Assembly (NCBI GenBank): GCA_001179505.1
Contig: CDMY01000850.1
Span: forward strand, 62,001 to 126,000
Length of the DNA stretch: 64,000 nt
Direction of reading: 5' to 3'
Source of the DNA: Vitrella brassicaformis CCMP3155
Taxonomy: Eukaryota; Protista; Chromerida
Part shown: one piece after another, positions 25,262 through 36,444 of the stretch
How the letters are laid out: each line of letters begins with the position of its first letter
Numbering within the stretch: position 1 is the first letter of the stretch
Translations under genes and position numbers: made by a program
The notes under the pieces: model-generated
Databases searched by the model: none
What the model saw: the letters and a program-made list of their open reading frames with translations, nothing else
Told to the model about the DNA's origin: nothing

Positions 25262-25505
25262 GTAGAGTTACCGCGCGTGAAACCAACGTCGAAACCCTGA
25301 ACAACGTCGAAAAACAACTCCTCACTCCCACATCTTCGCTATGTCGTCTTCTGCGGCCCCTTCCCTAAGCAAATCAAAATCTGCCGTCCGCAGGCCCATC
25401 AACGTCCCCTCTCGCACGGGCCACACAGGCCCCAACACGCAGCCTGACAGACCGGGATGTGCACAGACAAACCAGTTGGCGCGCAGGCATCTGGCAATTA
25501 GATGA
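25246..25505 (+). pseudogene. Duplicated promoter plus first 119 nt of the IQ-protein CDS (partner 28035-28283), ending as a 54-codon truncated ORF
   Basis: 25341-25459 (MSSSAAPSLSKSKSAVRRPINVPSRTGHTGPNTQPDRPG) is near-identical to 28165-28283. The upstream gaaaccctgaacaacgtcgaaaaaca is also shared. Stop at 25503-25505. Confidence 0.9.
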
Positions 25506-28076
25506 GTCAGATGCACTGATCTCGTCGTTACCGATGGGGGACGGACGCTTCAGAGTGCGGTGGGGGGGAACGAGCAGCAAGACGCCAGGGTGAGCAGCTT
25601 GGCCATGACGGAGGAGCAGCAGCAGCAGCAGACAGGGGAGGGTGAGGGGCGGGGGTGATGATGCAAGCCGTAGACAGAGGGGTAGGCGCATAGAGAGTGT
25701 GGTAGGATGGCTCTAGTTGGTGGATGGGATGGGCTTTGCGAGGTGAGGTGGCTGTTTGCCTGTCTGTCTGTCTGTCTGTCTGTTTTGCGTGTGTGTGGAC
25801 ACGAAGAACAAAGGGAAGGCAAGCAGCTTCACCGTCAAGAACGCATACCATACGTGTACACAAAAAGGGTTCTCAGCGACAACATGGACACATCAATCAA
25901 CGCATGCACGTCTGTCTGTCTGCTGCAAAACCGCATGGATTCGATCGGCATCATGTCATATGAGGCAGCTGAGCTGGCTGTGCGCATTGCATACGGTAGC
26001 TGCGCCTGGCCTCCTGTTCATCCTCCATCCATCCGTCCACCACCCACCAGTGTCGCAGTCGATCAACCTGCATACATCACAGCCATGACGCTCACAATGA
26101 GTGCGTGTATGTCGCGCTGATCTAGCTCATCCCCTGCCCCCTTCTCACCCTCTTCATCATCATGCTGCTGCTGCTGGCGGCCATCGCCATTGCCCTCTCC
26201 GTCGATGTCGCCATCCACATCTGCACACTCAAGACACGCAAACATACAAATGGGCCCAATCACACACACATGTATTCCACTCACCCTCATCGCTGTCGCC
26301 GTCATCAGCACCCTCATCATCATCCTCTGCACACACACACACACATACGAGTAGGACACCTAGCAAGGCGGGCTGGGCACCGCACACAGACCACTTACCC
26401 TCACCACTATCGCCATCGTCGCCATCCGCACCCTCCTCTGCACACCACCACACGCACACCGATTCATCCGACCGACACACCGAGATGGCCGCGGCCGCCT
26501 GCACACTCACCCTCATCAGCGACTTCCTGCTGGTTGGCCACCATATCTGCGATGGTGCTGCCCAGCGGGCCGCGCATCAGAGGGGCGGTGGTCGGTCGGC
26601 AGTCCTTGAAGGCATCCGATGCATCACCCACTGGCGACTCGGTGGTGAAGGCAAACACAGCCACTGCATTCAGCGACACAGCACACGTCAAAGGATGGCT
26701 CAATCACCAGAGGATCTTTGACCCCTTTCTAACCTATGGTCGTGCCGGCCCAGGTGGCGAGAGTGACACACGCGACGAATGGGCCGTCGAACGGCGTCAG
26801 CAGCAGATGCCGAAGCTCTTCAGGGGGATCCACATCGTCACACTTGCCCGCCATGATGGCGGTGCATCGGTTGGGGGTGGGGCGACTGGTTGAGGAGGCC
26901 GTCCAGCACACCGCCGTGAGCATGACTGAGGAGACCAACACATAACAGAGGGAAGAGACCTGATAGATGGCTCGATGTGTGTCTGTCTAAGTGTCGTGTG
27001 CCCTGCGTACCGGTCCACGTCAACGCAAAGAGTGCACCCTTCATTGGCCATCGGAGAGGTCAGGATGACCCTCATGACGAACGCCGACGCCGAGGCATTA
27101 GTGAGCGCCGCACCACCGGCCGTCCAGCTGCCCCCCTGCCGGCGGATTGTAGATCTGACGGGCGGGCTGTCGTCGATGGTGTGTGTGTGGTATGGGTGGG
27201 TGGGGGGAGGGGCGGGTTGATGTCCAGCTCGAAGCCCGGCTCGTCCTTGAGGGCACGCACACCGCCGCCCGGCTGGTCGAACAGCTCAAAACGGCCCAAC
27301 TGGCCGCCGAAGTTGACGTGTCGGCCGACCATCTTCCACAGCGCAATCACACGCGCATCGGCCAAATACGCCTACACAGACACCACACGACAGACAGACA
27401 GACAGACAGACAGACAGATGAGTGCCACTCGCCCCGCCCCTCGCTCATCTGCCCACCTGTTTGCTATCGTGGCGCGCACAATCCGCCACAGCCAGTGTGA
27501 TCGGCAGCTGACAGCAGCCGCGCTGAGCCGCCAACTTCAGCGCATCGGTCACCTCTGGTCCACTGCTGCGTATCCACCAGCCAGATGGCCTTCAGCAGCA
27601 GAGGCCGGTCCAGCTGAGCGTCGAATGCGATGATGGTGTGCAGCCCCTTGGCCACCAGGCAGCGATTGAGTCGGCTGCTCAGGACGGCGGCCGAGAAGTC
27701 GACTTCATAGAGGAAGTGGGCCGTGACTCTGAGGCTGCCGACCTCCGACCGGCTGCACACATACACAGATGGCACAACACACCCAAACACACACACAGCT
27801 GTCAACTGCCGCTCCCCCTCCCTCATTGATTCGTGTGTGGTTTGCATACGTGTGGAGGGCATCTCTGTCGTCTTTGTGAAGGAAGTCCAGTGTGTGGTCG
27901 TCGATAACGGCACCATGGCGGTCCGCAGTGTGGTTGTTGCCCATCTCGCCCTCTACGCTCCCGCCGGGCGGATCAGCTTCACACTCATGTCATCGATGAA
28001 ATCGATGGTTTTTTGATTGTCGAACAGGAGCAAGAGATGAATCAGATGCACTGATCTCGTCGTTACCGATGGGGAC
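25500..28076 (-). mobile_element. Candidate non-autonomous gene cassette bounded by 42-43 bp direct repeats
   Basis: agatga[g/a]tcagatgcactgatctcgtcgttaccgatgggg(g)ac at 25500-25542 and 28035-28076; the interior is an inverted paralogue of 38-2556. No transposase or RT seen. Confidence 0.45.
26063..27944 (-). pseudogene. Family copy 2, same exon structure as copy 1, two frameshifts
   Basis: Starts MGNNHTADRHGAVIDDHTLDFLHKDDRDALHT. Extra base at ~27556 (WT/EV) gives a stop at 27464. The HQP segment near 26873-26877 is 5 nt shorter than in copy 3. Acidic mini-exons; stop at 26063-26065. Confidence 0.8.
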
Positions 28077-28164
28077 TTCGAACAGGGCTGGGGCGTGAAA
28101 CCCTGAACAACGTCGAAACCCTGAACAACGTCGAAAAACAGCTCCTCACTTACACATCATCGCT

Positions 28165-30730
28165 ATGCCGTCTTCTGCGGCCCCTCCCCTAAGCAAATCA
28201 AAACCCGCCGTCCGCAGGCCCATCAACGTCCCCTCTCGCACGGGCCACACAGGCCCCAACACGCAGCCTGACAGACCGGGATGGCGGTTTTCATCCATCG
28301 TCGCCCCGCACCATGCCCCTGAGGCAGCTGCTCCACCCGAATCCGGCCCCTACACCTCACAGAACACGCCCCCCCAGCCACAACAGCATTCCGGGGAGCA
28401 TCCTCCCTCAGCGGCTCCGGACATGGCCGCGAAGGCTGGCGAAGGGAAAGCAGCCATGGGGCCGCCTTCAGAGTGCCGGCCACGCAGCCCACCCAGCCCT
28501 CACAGGAGCCCTCGCCTTGGCAGTCCTGTGCAGGAGTGGATCAAGAGTGTGCATGAGCTGGAGAGGGCAGGGCAGCCGCATCTCGAGGATTACTATGCTG
28601 TGTCGCTGCCTAAGGAGTCTGACGCCAAGCCCAAGATCAATGGGATTGTGTCGGAGCTGCAGAGAGCCACAGAGAGCGCTGCAAGGCAAAGCAGGAGGGA
28701 GAGAAGACAGCTGCACTCTGCATCTGATGAGAGGAAGAGACAATCGCACGTCGGCGGTCGACAGAGCAGGGGGGCGACTCGTGGCAGCAGCAGAGTGGAG
28801 AGGGAGATGAGGCTGCCAATCCTGCAGCAGCATGACCTGTCAGCCCCGGGCCCTCTGCCAGTTATCGGCGAGGAGTCGCCAGCTGTGCTGCAGTCGGAGA
28901 TGCACATCCGGTACTATCATTACAAGGACGAAGAACACTATTCCCCGAGACGGCAGCAGGTTGGGCACACCAGCGTGTCACCCCAGACACACAAGCAAGA
29001 GCTGCCGCGGATATCGACCACGAAACCGGCAACACGCTCACCTGCCGATCGCGCGAGAAACCCTTACACCGCCACCGTGGTGCCCCCCCCGGAGCTGCCG
29101 AGGCCGAGGACAAAATGCCCCCCTCCCCACACCAACAGAGGCCACAAGACTGCCAGGGCAGAGCCACTGCCCCTGTTGCTGCAGCGGAGCCCTCTTGCGA
29201 AGTCTCTTGTCCAAGAAATGTACGAGCAGAAGGGCCGAGCTGAGCTGTGGAAGAAACTGGAGCAGGAGACGGCCCACAAGAAGGGCATGAAGGGGGTGCT
29301 GCTGGTGGAGCTGAGCATGCCTGAAGGGGGCGGGGAGGACCTCAGCAGCAGTGGCCGGCCTGGGAGCCGGTATGTGGTTGAGCTGAGGGTGATGACGGGA
29401 GGTGGCGGGGCGAGGTTCAGAGGGCACCTGGGGTCCATGTCTGCAAGGGGGGAGGATGACGCGAGGAGGAGGACACGTCAGGTGGCGGTCGTGCCACTGT
29501 TTGAGGTGACTGCAGCAGCATGCACACACATGAACAGAGAGAATCACAGGCTCTTCTCGTTGTCTGCAGGGTCCCTCTTCTGAGCGGGTGTCTCTGCACC
29601 CATTCCACGTTGACGACATCCACTCCGAGTCCCTCAGCGTGTCCCTCATGCAAGTGTCATCCCCCCACTCCACACGCACAGCGGCACCCAGCCAGAGCCA
29701 GCACTCCCGATCCTCGCCAAACCTCTTCCCGTCAGGCGAGCAACAGGGCCCCACTGTGATCCACTCGCGGCACATCCCCCTGCAGCAGATCGTCACCCAC
29801 CCCCCACGAGCCAAGCCCATCGAGGGCGCACTCACCAACCCCAGCCCGCCGTTCTTCGCGCTGCCCTTCCGGCTGGGATTCTTCTCGGAGGCTGCGTGGA
29901 AAGATGTAGAAGACAGGATGAGCGCCGGGGAGACATTGGACCCGTTTGAGGGGTTGGGTGAGTCGATCAAGGGTGAGAGGGAGAGTGTGCTGCCCCGCCG
30001 GCCGTCGGCACGCAAGTCTGTGGCGGCCCCACAGCCACCCCCGTCAGCGAGAAGACGGTCATACAAGCCGAGAACGAAGCTGCACCATCGAGGTGATGAC
30101 GCTGGCGCGCCACCGAGTATCGCACCGCCTCCTGAGAGAATGGGGAAAGGGGAGGTTAGCAAGGCGTCTGCTGGGCTGAAGAAGAGGCGGCAGCTGAAGG
30201 TGGTCAAGTATGAGGACAACCGGAACGACCAAATCGGGGAGGCCCCTCGGTCGCATGCCGACACGGAGACACTGCCCATCCGCGATGGAGAAGACGACGA
30301 GACGCCGCCGCCAGAAGCCGTGGTCGCATCTGAGGTGCTGGGCGAGATCTGCAGGAGGGCCACAGGCGATTTTGAGAAGATGGCCGAGGAGACGGAGGCA
30401 GTGCCAGCGCATCAGCAGGAGCCCCCCCACTCCCGTCAACCAGACAATGACAATGACAATGACGACAATTCCCCCCAGCAATTGTTCGACGACGGCATGG
30501 ACGACATCTTCGTGGTGCTCGAGTGCGCCATAAAGCTGCAGGCCTTTGCCCGTGCTGCTTTGGCAAGGAAGCGGTTTCGCAAGCTGAGGAGGGCGATGCA
30601 GGTGATGGCTGCGTTGAGGATACAGCGGAGATGGCTGACGAAGAAGAGGCGGGAGCATGGAGGCGGTGAGGATGATGGCGGGACTGTGGTGGTGGACGAG
30701 AAAATTGTTGCGGGCGGTGGATCAGCTTGA
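28165..30730 (+). CDS. Large Pro/Ser-rich protein with C-terminal IQ calmodulin-binding motifs, 2 exons (28165-29505, 29570-30730)
   Basis: Two long ORFs are joined in frame by a GT-AG intron (LFE|GPSSERV). Motifs AIKLQAFARAALARKRF and ALRIQRRWLTKKRR. Confidence 0.8.
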
Positions 30731-32168
30731 TGATGCAGGAGGCGGCAGGGAGGGAGGGATTTGCTGTGGGTGGGTGGGTTTGTGTGTGGGGAGACTGTCT
30801 GTCGGTAGGTCTGTCCATTTTGCGCATCAGTGACATTCATTGGTTGGGTTGGCTACTTGCAGACCTTCTGCGTATGCGTGTGTGTCGTGTCGACTTGCAT
30901 CCATTCCATTCAATGAATGAATCGCTCCGGAGGTCTTTTGGACAGTCATTGGTCGACCGACCAGCCAGCCAGCCAGCCAGCCATGGGAGTGAGTAGTGTA
31001 CATCCATCCATTCATCCATCCAGTCAAGCCATCCTCCCCATGATACAGCCACACCAGGCAGACAGACAGACAGTCAGACCATCCGTATCTCTACACCTCA
31101 CCACACACACACACACACACAAGGCATCCAGTCATTCGGGCAGTCGACGGCCACTCCACCCCGACAGCCCGTCGGTCAAGAAAATTAGAAGGGGTTCGGT
31201 TGCTGCAGCTTCCGATCACCTCCCCACTTTCTTGCGCCTCGACCGACGGAGTGGCACCGCCCGCCCGCCCACATCCACAGATTGTCATGGGTAGTAGGTG
31301 AAATGTAATGTAGGTGTGTATAAAGGAGGGCAGTCATGCAGGCGGGCAGTAAGGCTCATTGTAGGTGGCATCGCCGGCCAACTGTCTGTGTGTGCGTGTG
31401 CGCGTTCCTCTACACTGCGTCGTGAGCAATACCGTGATGGTGGTGGTGGTGCGTAATGTGTGTTGTATATGTGAATGTGTGTGGGTGTCCGTCTCTCTCT
31501 GTGCTCTGTGTATCGCTGTGTAAATCTGGAAAAACGCCATGACTAGTTAGTCACGCGCGCACACCATACACCAACACACCCATCCATCCATCCATTCAGC
31601 CATGTGTACCAGCCAGTCGTCCGAGAGAGAGAGAGCACGGGAGTGAGGGCGCGAGCTGTACATCCGCTTATCCATCCATCCATCCAGCCATCGAGAAATA
31701 AAGGTTGGCAGGCAGGCAGACACACACGGCACGGCATGGCATGGCACGGCACAGCGTGCATCACATCGTGCGATTGGCACTCTGTCTGTCTGTCACTGGG
31801 AGTCGGGCATTGGGCTACGGAGCCGACAGCCAGGGGAGGGGAGGGGAGGTGCCAGGGATTCATTCATAGGCTACGTACGGCTCACCCATGGCATGAATGC
31901 ATCCATTCAATGCACCACGTAGGAAATAAAATAAAGGAGGCATTCATCGAAATGTACCCACCCACTGCAAACAGACAAACAAACATCCCTCTGGTTGGTT
32001 GGAAAACAAACAGCCACACCCACACGCGACACCCACACCACACGCCCAGTCGACTAACATCGACCAGCCGATGAGTGGGTGCGGTGCATTTGCTCATGAC
32101 GCATGGGGACCATGGATGTAGGTCACGTGTGTGCACATCGTAGTATGAGTATGTGGTGTGGTGTGTGT

Positions 32169-33630
32169 TTAGAAGTATGACCGGTCGTGGGGGACCAGCG
32201 AGATGACGCTGCCCTCCTTGATCGAGTAGTCGAACAACGTCCACTGCACACAAGCCAACACACACGCACAGAGGGAGAGGGGGGAGAGAGAAGGAATGAC
32301 CGACAAACTCACTCAGCGTGGTGTCCGAGTGTGCATAACATACCTGGAGGTTGAGCGGCATGCCGTGGAAGAGGAGGCGTATCTCCCCCCCGCGGGTGCC
32401 CCGCTTGGCGTTCACCATGTGCTGCAACTCCTTGATAGTCATCTCCTCGTGCACCCTAGTCATATATATACCAAACACACACACACAGCACTGTGTGGCG
32501 CGTGTACGTCTGTGGTGTGGTTGGTGTCTGGCCAGGTACTTGAATGGTCCGAGGGGTGGTCCCTTGGAAGGTTTGACGCTCACGGTGAACTCCTGCCCCT
32601 CAACGCTTCCAGCACTAGCACCGCCCTTAGCCTTGCCCTTGGCTGCACAATGACGGGCGGTGCGCGCACAGACAGAAGGAAAAGCGGGGGGGTGAAGGAA
32701 TCCATGTGATTGATGGGCATGTGTGTGTATGTGTGAGATGAGATGGTCAACCCACCTACCTTTGGGTTTGGCGGCAGCAGCCTTGGCCTTAGCCTTGCCC
32801 TTGGGCTTGGCAGCAGCAGCACCTGCAACCACACACACAACAACACACAACAAGGGCGAGCAGAACACGCTCATGTGCGCGTGGATGTGTCCATTGTGTG
32901 TTCGTGTGTGTCGGTGGGTTGGGCAGTGCAGTGTACCGGTAGGTTTCTTAGCGATGGGTTTCTTGACGGCCGCACCACTCTTGGCTTTGGCCTTGGCCTG
33001 CACCGCACGAGCCTTCGCCTTCGCCTTGGCCTTGGGGACCGCAGCAGCAGCAGCCGCAGCCTCGCCAGCCTACACACACACAGCGCACACAAAATTTGCA
33101 GATGAACACACACGGTCAGGATGCCCTCCACGCTTTTCTGTAGCGTACCTCGCCCTTGGGCGGAGCAGACGGCGTCGGTAGGTAACGAGCAGGCACCGCA
33201 CGAGCACGCTTGCCTGCACCAGAGGGAAAACACACCAACACACCAACACATATAACACATAAGAGAGAGGCTGAATGAGGCATCCTGTCCCATCCCATCC
33301 ATCCATTGCCAGAATGCACTTGCACCACCATCCTCCGATGCATCCATCCCCGCCCTCCCCGCCCTGCCCGCCTCCCATCTGCCCCTCCAACTCACCTGGG
33401 GTACGATGGGCAGCGAGGTTGGCCTTGCCCTTGCTGACGCGACGCACCTTGGCCTTGGCTTTGGCCTTGCCGGCAGCAGCAACCTTGGCCTTGGCCTTGG
33501 CAGCCGGGCCCTTCTTAGGCGCGGCCTCCTTCTTCTTGACTATGTCCTTCTTGACCACCTTCTCGGCACTCTTGCCCGCCGCTCGCTTGGGCCTGGCGGC
33601 CACCGCTGCGCTCTGCTTCTTGGGCGCCAT
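32169..33630 (-). CDS. Histone-H1-tail-like Lys/Ala-rich protein with a C-terminal ubiquitin-like domain, 7 exons
   Basis: MAPKKQSAAVAARPK..KAKAKAK repeats. Spliced C-terminus FTVSVKPSKGPPLGPFKVHEEMTIKELQHMVNAKRGTRGGEIRLLFHGMPLNLQWTLFDYSIKEGSVISLVPHDRSYF* aligns by eye with ubiquitin. Confidence 0.85.
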
Positions 33631-33769
33631 GACAAACCGACAACAAAGCGATGGATGCTAAGCTAACGACACGCACAAACTGCCTTCAACCCGGGGAAAC
33701 GATGCGAGATTGCGGATCGCCGGTCTCGACGCAAGCTCGTGGCAAGAGCGACAAAAGACCCTTGGCACG

Positions 33770-35825
33770 ATGCAGGCGACGACGTTTGCCACGCCAGCCG
33801 CAGCAGCGGGTTCGGTTGGTTCGTCTGGTGGCCCAGTTCCCGCGGCGTTCATCTCACCGCCTCCCGCTGCGGCCACGACGTCTGCCTACCCCTTGAACCC
33901 CTTCACACAACAGACTGCGTAGGTCGCTGTGACCGGCAGAGAGGCCGTCTTGTCTCGTGACGGTGGAATGGATCATGGTTTTTGTTTGTCTGCGAATGAC
34001 TGACTGTGCATGTTTGTGTGTGACGGTGTCTCCCTCTCTCCGTATCGTATCGTATCGTATCCTATCGTATCGGTGTGTTGTGTTGCGTTGTGTTGTGTTG
34101 TGTGTGCAGGAGTGATCCTTTCGCCCAGCAGCTGCCTGGATGGGCCGCGGCCAACCACGAGATCATGCAACTCACAGATCTGGTATTGGAGAACAATCAA
34201 ATCGCCGTCTCTCTCCATTCTCTCTCTCTGTTCCTCTCTTTCCGCCTCTTTGTGTCGTCGTTCTCGTGCAGTATCAGCAGCAGTTGGCGGAGCTCAATGC
34301 CGCACACAGCCTCCTGCTCGTGAGCTCCCAAGGACACTGAAATGCACGTACCTAATTCTCTGTTTGTAATGCTTTTGTCTGTCTGTTTGTCTGTTTGTCT
34401 CGTTCTTTCTTGTGAGTGCAGGAGGACCAGGAGAGATTGGCTGCCCTGCTGGCGCCCTACCTGTCGGAGGACGGTAAGGTGCTCGCACCACCGGATGAGA
34501 ACGTCATGCTGCTCAAACAGGTAGGTAGGTACACAGAGAAGCTTATGCGTGCTGGGTTGGTTGGTGGGCTGATTTGATTGATGTGGTGCACTGCATGTCA
34601 TGTGTCTCACCTCACCTCCTGCTGTGGACCGACAGGGGCTGGATCTCCGTCTGATCGAGTTTGAGGAGGACTGCCGGCGCATACAGCAGACAGAGCGCCG
34701 GCTGCAGCGCAAGATCGAGGACTGCACCGTCAACTATGAAGCCAACCTGTTCGAGGCCCAGGGTGGGTGAGAAGACCCCGTATGTGCACCCATTTCCTCA
34801 TGTGTCTCGGTTGATTCTCCCTTTGTATGTCTGTGTGTGTTTCGGCCGGTCAGAGTACGCCGAGAGCCGCCTCCTGGAGCAAGTGCGCGACCAGCAGCGC
34901 ATCATACAGTGGGCATCGGAGAGAGACATACATGACATGAGAGGGAGACAAGTGTCTTTGCACATGTGTGTACGCCATGGATGGGTTATATGTCCTTATG
35001 TGTGTGTGTGTGCAGGTTGCAGCAGCGTGAGCTTGATGAGCTGCGGTTTCAGCGCGACCTCTACGCCGACGAGACCAAACGACTCAGACACATATGCAGA
35101 TACGGCAACTGGACGCTTGACGGTACGTCAGTCAGGCACACAATCACATCGAGCCGTGCATTCGGTTGTGCGTGTATCTGTGACGTTAGGTTATGGTGCG
35201 GGTGAGGGTGAGCCTCTGCCTTCACCCAGGACACTCCACAAGGCACTCGCAAAACAGAAAGCAGAGTCATCTGCCGACACAGATACACACGACACGATGC
35301 CATTGCTTCGGACAGATAAGTTCCTTTGTGACTTGTGTACACAGTGGGTGGATGCGCGAGATCCGCCACGAGAAGCGGAGAGCTGATGGCGGCGGTGGCT
35401 ACTTCGACACCGACGACAACAATGCCCCCTCATTACCCGCCGAAGCCAGCGGCTCCGACAGAGAACGACAGTGACACCACCAGCACCACAGCACGAAACA
35501 ACCAACAACTCATTCTCTCTCTCTGTCTGTGTGTGTCAGCCCGCGAGCCCCCCCACTGAAGGTGACGCCCCCAGAGGGTGCAGGAAAAGAGAAAGTCGTG
35601 TCGCCCGTGGCGGCCAAGGCCGGCAGGGAGAGGGAGAAGGAAAAGAAGGCCAAGCCGAAACTGAACCTCAAGGCGGCAGGTGAATGGGTGGAGGAGGAGG
35701 AGGAGGTGATGTTGTGGCCGGCTGATAGGGTGTCCTATGTGTGTTTGTTGTGTGTCTCTCTGCCAGCTGCTAAGGCGGGGACTTCGTCGTTTGCGAGCAT
35801 GTTCAGCTTTGGCTCTCAGGCGTGA
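33770..35825 (+). CDS. Hypothetical coiled-coil protein, many exons
   Basis: Exons such as QYQQQLAELNAAHSLL; GLDLRLIEFEEDCRRIQQTERRLQRKIED; LQQRELDELRFQRDLYADETKRLRH; ends SFASMFSFGSQA*. Confidence 0.6.
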
Positions 35826-36444
35826 TCATAAATTGACAGATGGATGTGGACATGTGCATTAGGAAGGAGACATGAGAGTTCGCATCTTTGTTAAGACAAA
35901 AGGCCGTGTCCGTCTTGTGACCTGTGAGACTCTCAACGCAACTCAAGCCAACGACAACATGTGTATGCCCGCTCCCACCCCAACCCAACCCCCCCCATCC
36001 CCCATCCCCTTCCCTCACACAGTCTCCTCCAAATGCAGCGCATCAAGCGTCAATTCCCCACCATCGGCCACCCTCTCCCTTGCCGTGGCCTGTCTGTTGC
36101 TTGGTGTAGACGTGTGTGTAGCAGCAGCAGCAGCAGCAGCAGGCGGGTGCATCTCGCCCGGCCCGAAGGAGCTGGCGATCGATGACGGGCTGCCCTCGGT
36201 CGCTGAAAATGACGGGAGAGAAGAGCAGGAAATCTATGTCGCGTTATTCGTTGTTTGTGTTTGTTTGCACCCGAGAGTATGGAGATCGCCCGCCGGTTTG
36301 CGGAACGGAATGCCTGGTCCACCAGCAGATGCACGTCGTACAAGCCCTGAGAAGAGAGTACGATGGGTGGAAGCCCATGGCTGGCTGTGGCTCGTTCTGT
36401 GCTGACTGCGTGGCATTCGTCGTTGCTGGTGAGGGCTGATGGCA

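Noticed and set aside
25232-28076. Classifying the cassette as a Helitron, LTR element or DNA transposon
   Set aside because: No TC..CTRR ends, TG..CA LTRs, PBS/PPT, TIRs or enzyme ORF. The cargo keeps its introns, which argues against retrotransposition. Left unclassified.
28097-28135. 18-bp direct repeats (gaaaccctgaacaacgtc) as a possible CRISPR array
   Set aside because: Only two adjacent units, no spacers, no cas genes, and a eukaryotic context.
29038-30363. 441-aa antisense ORF to the IQ gene (and similar antisense ORFs over BBS8, ASST and kinesin exons)
   Set aside because: Shadow ORFs expected opposite GC-rich coding exons; no motifs.
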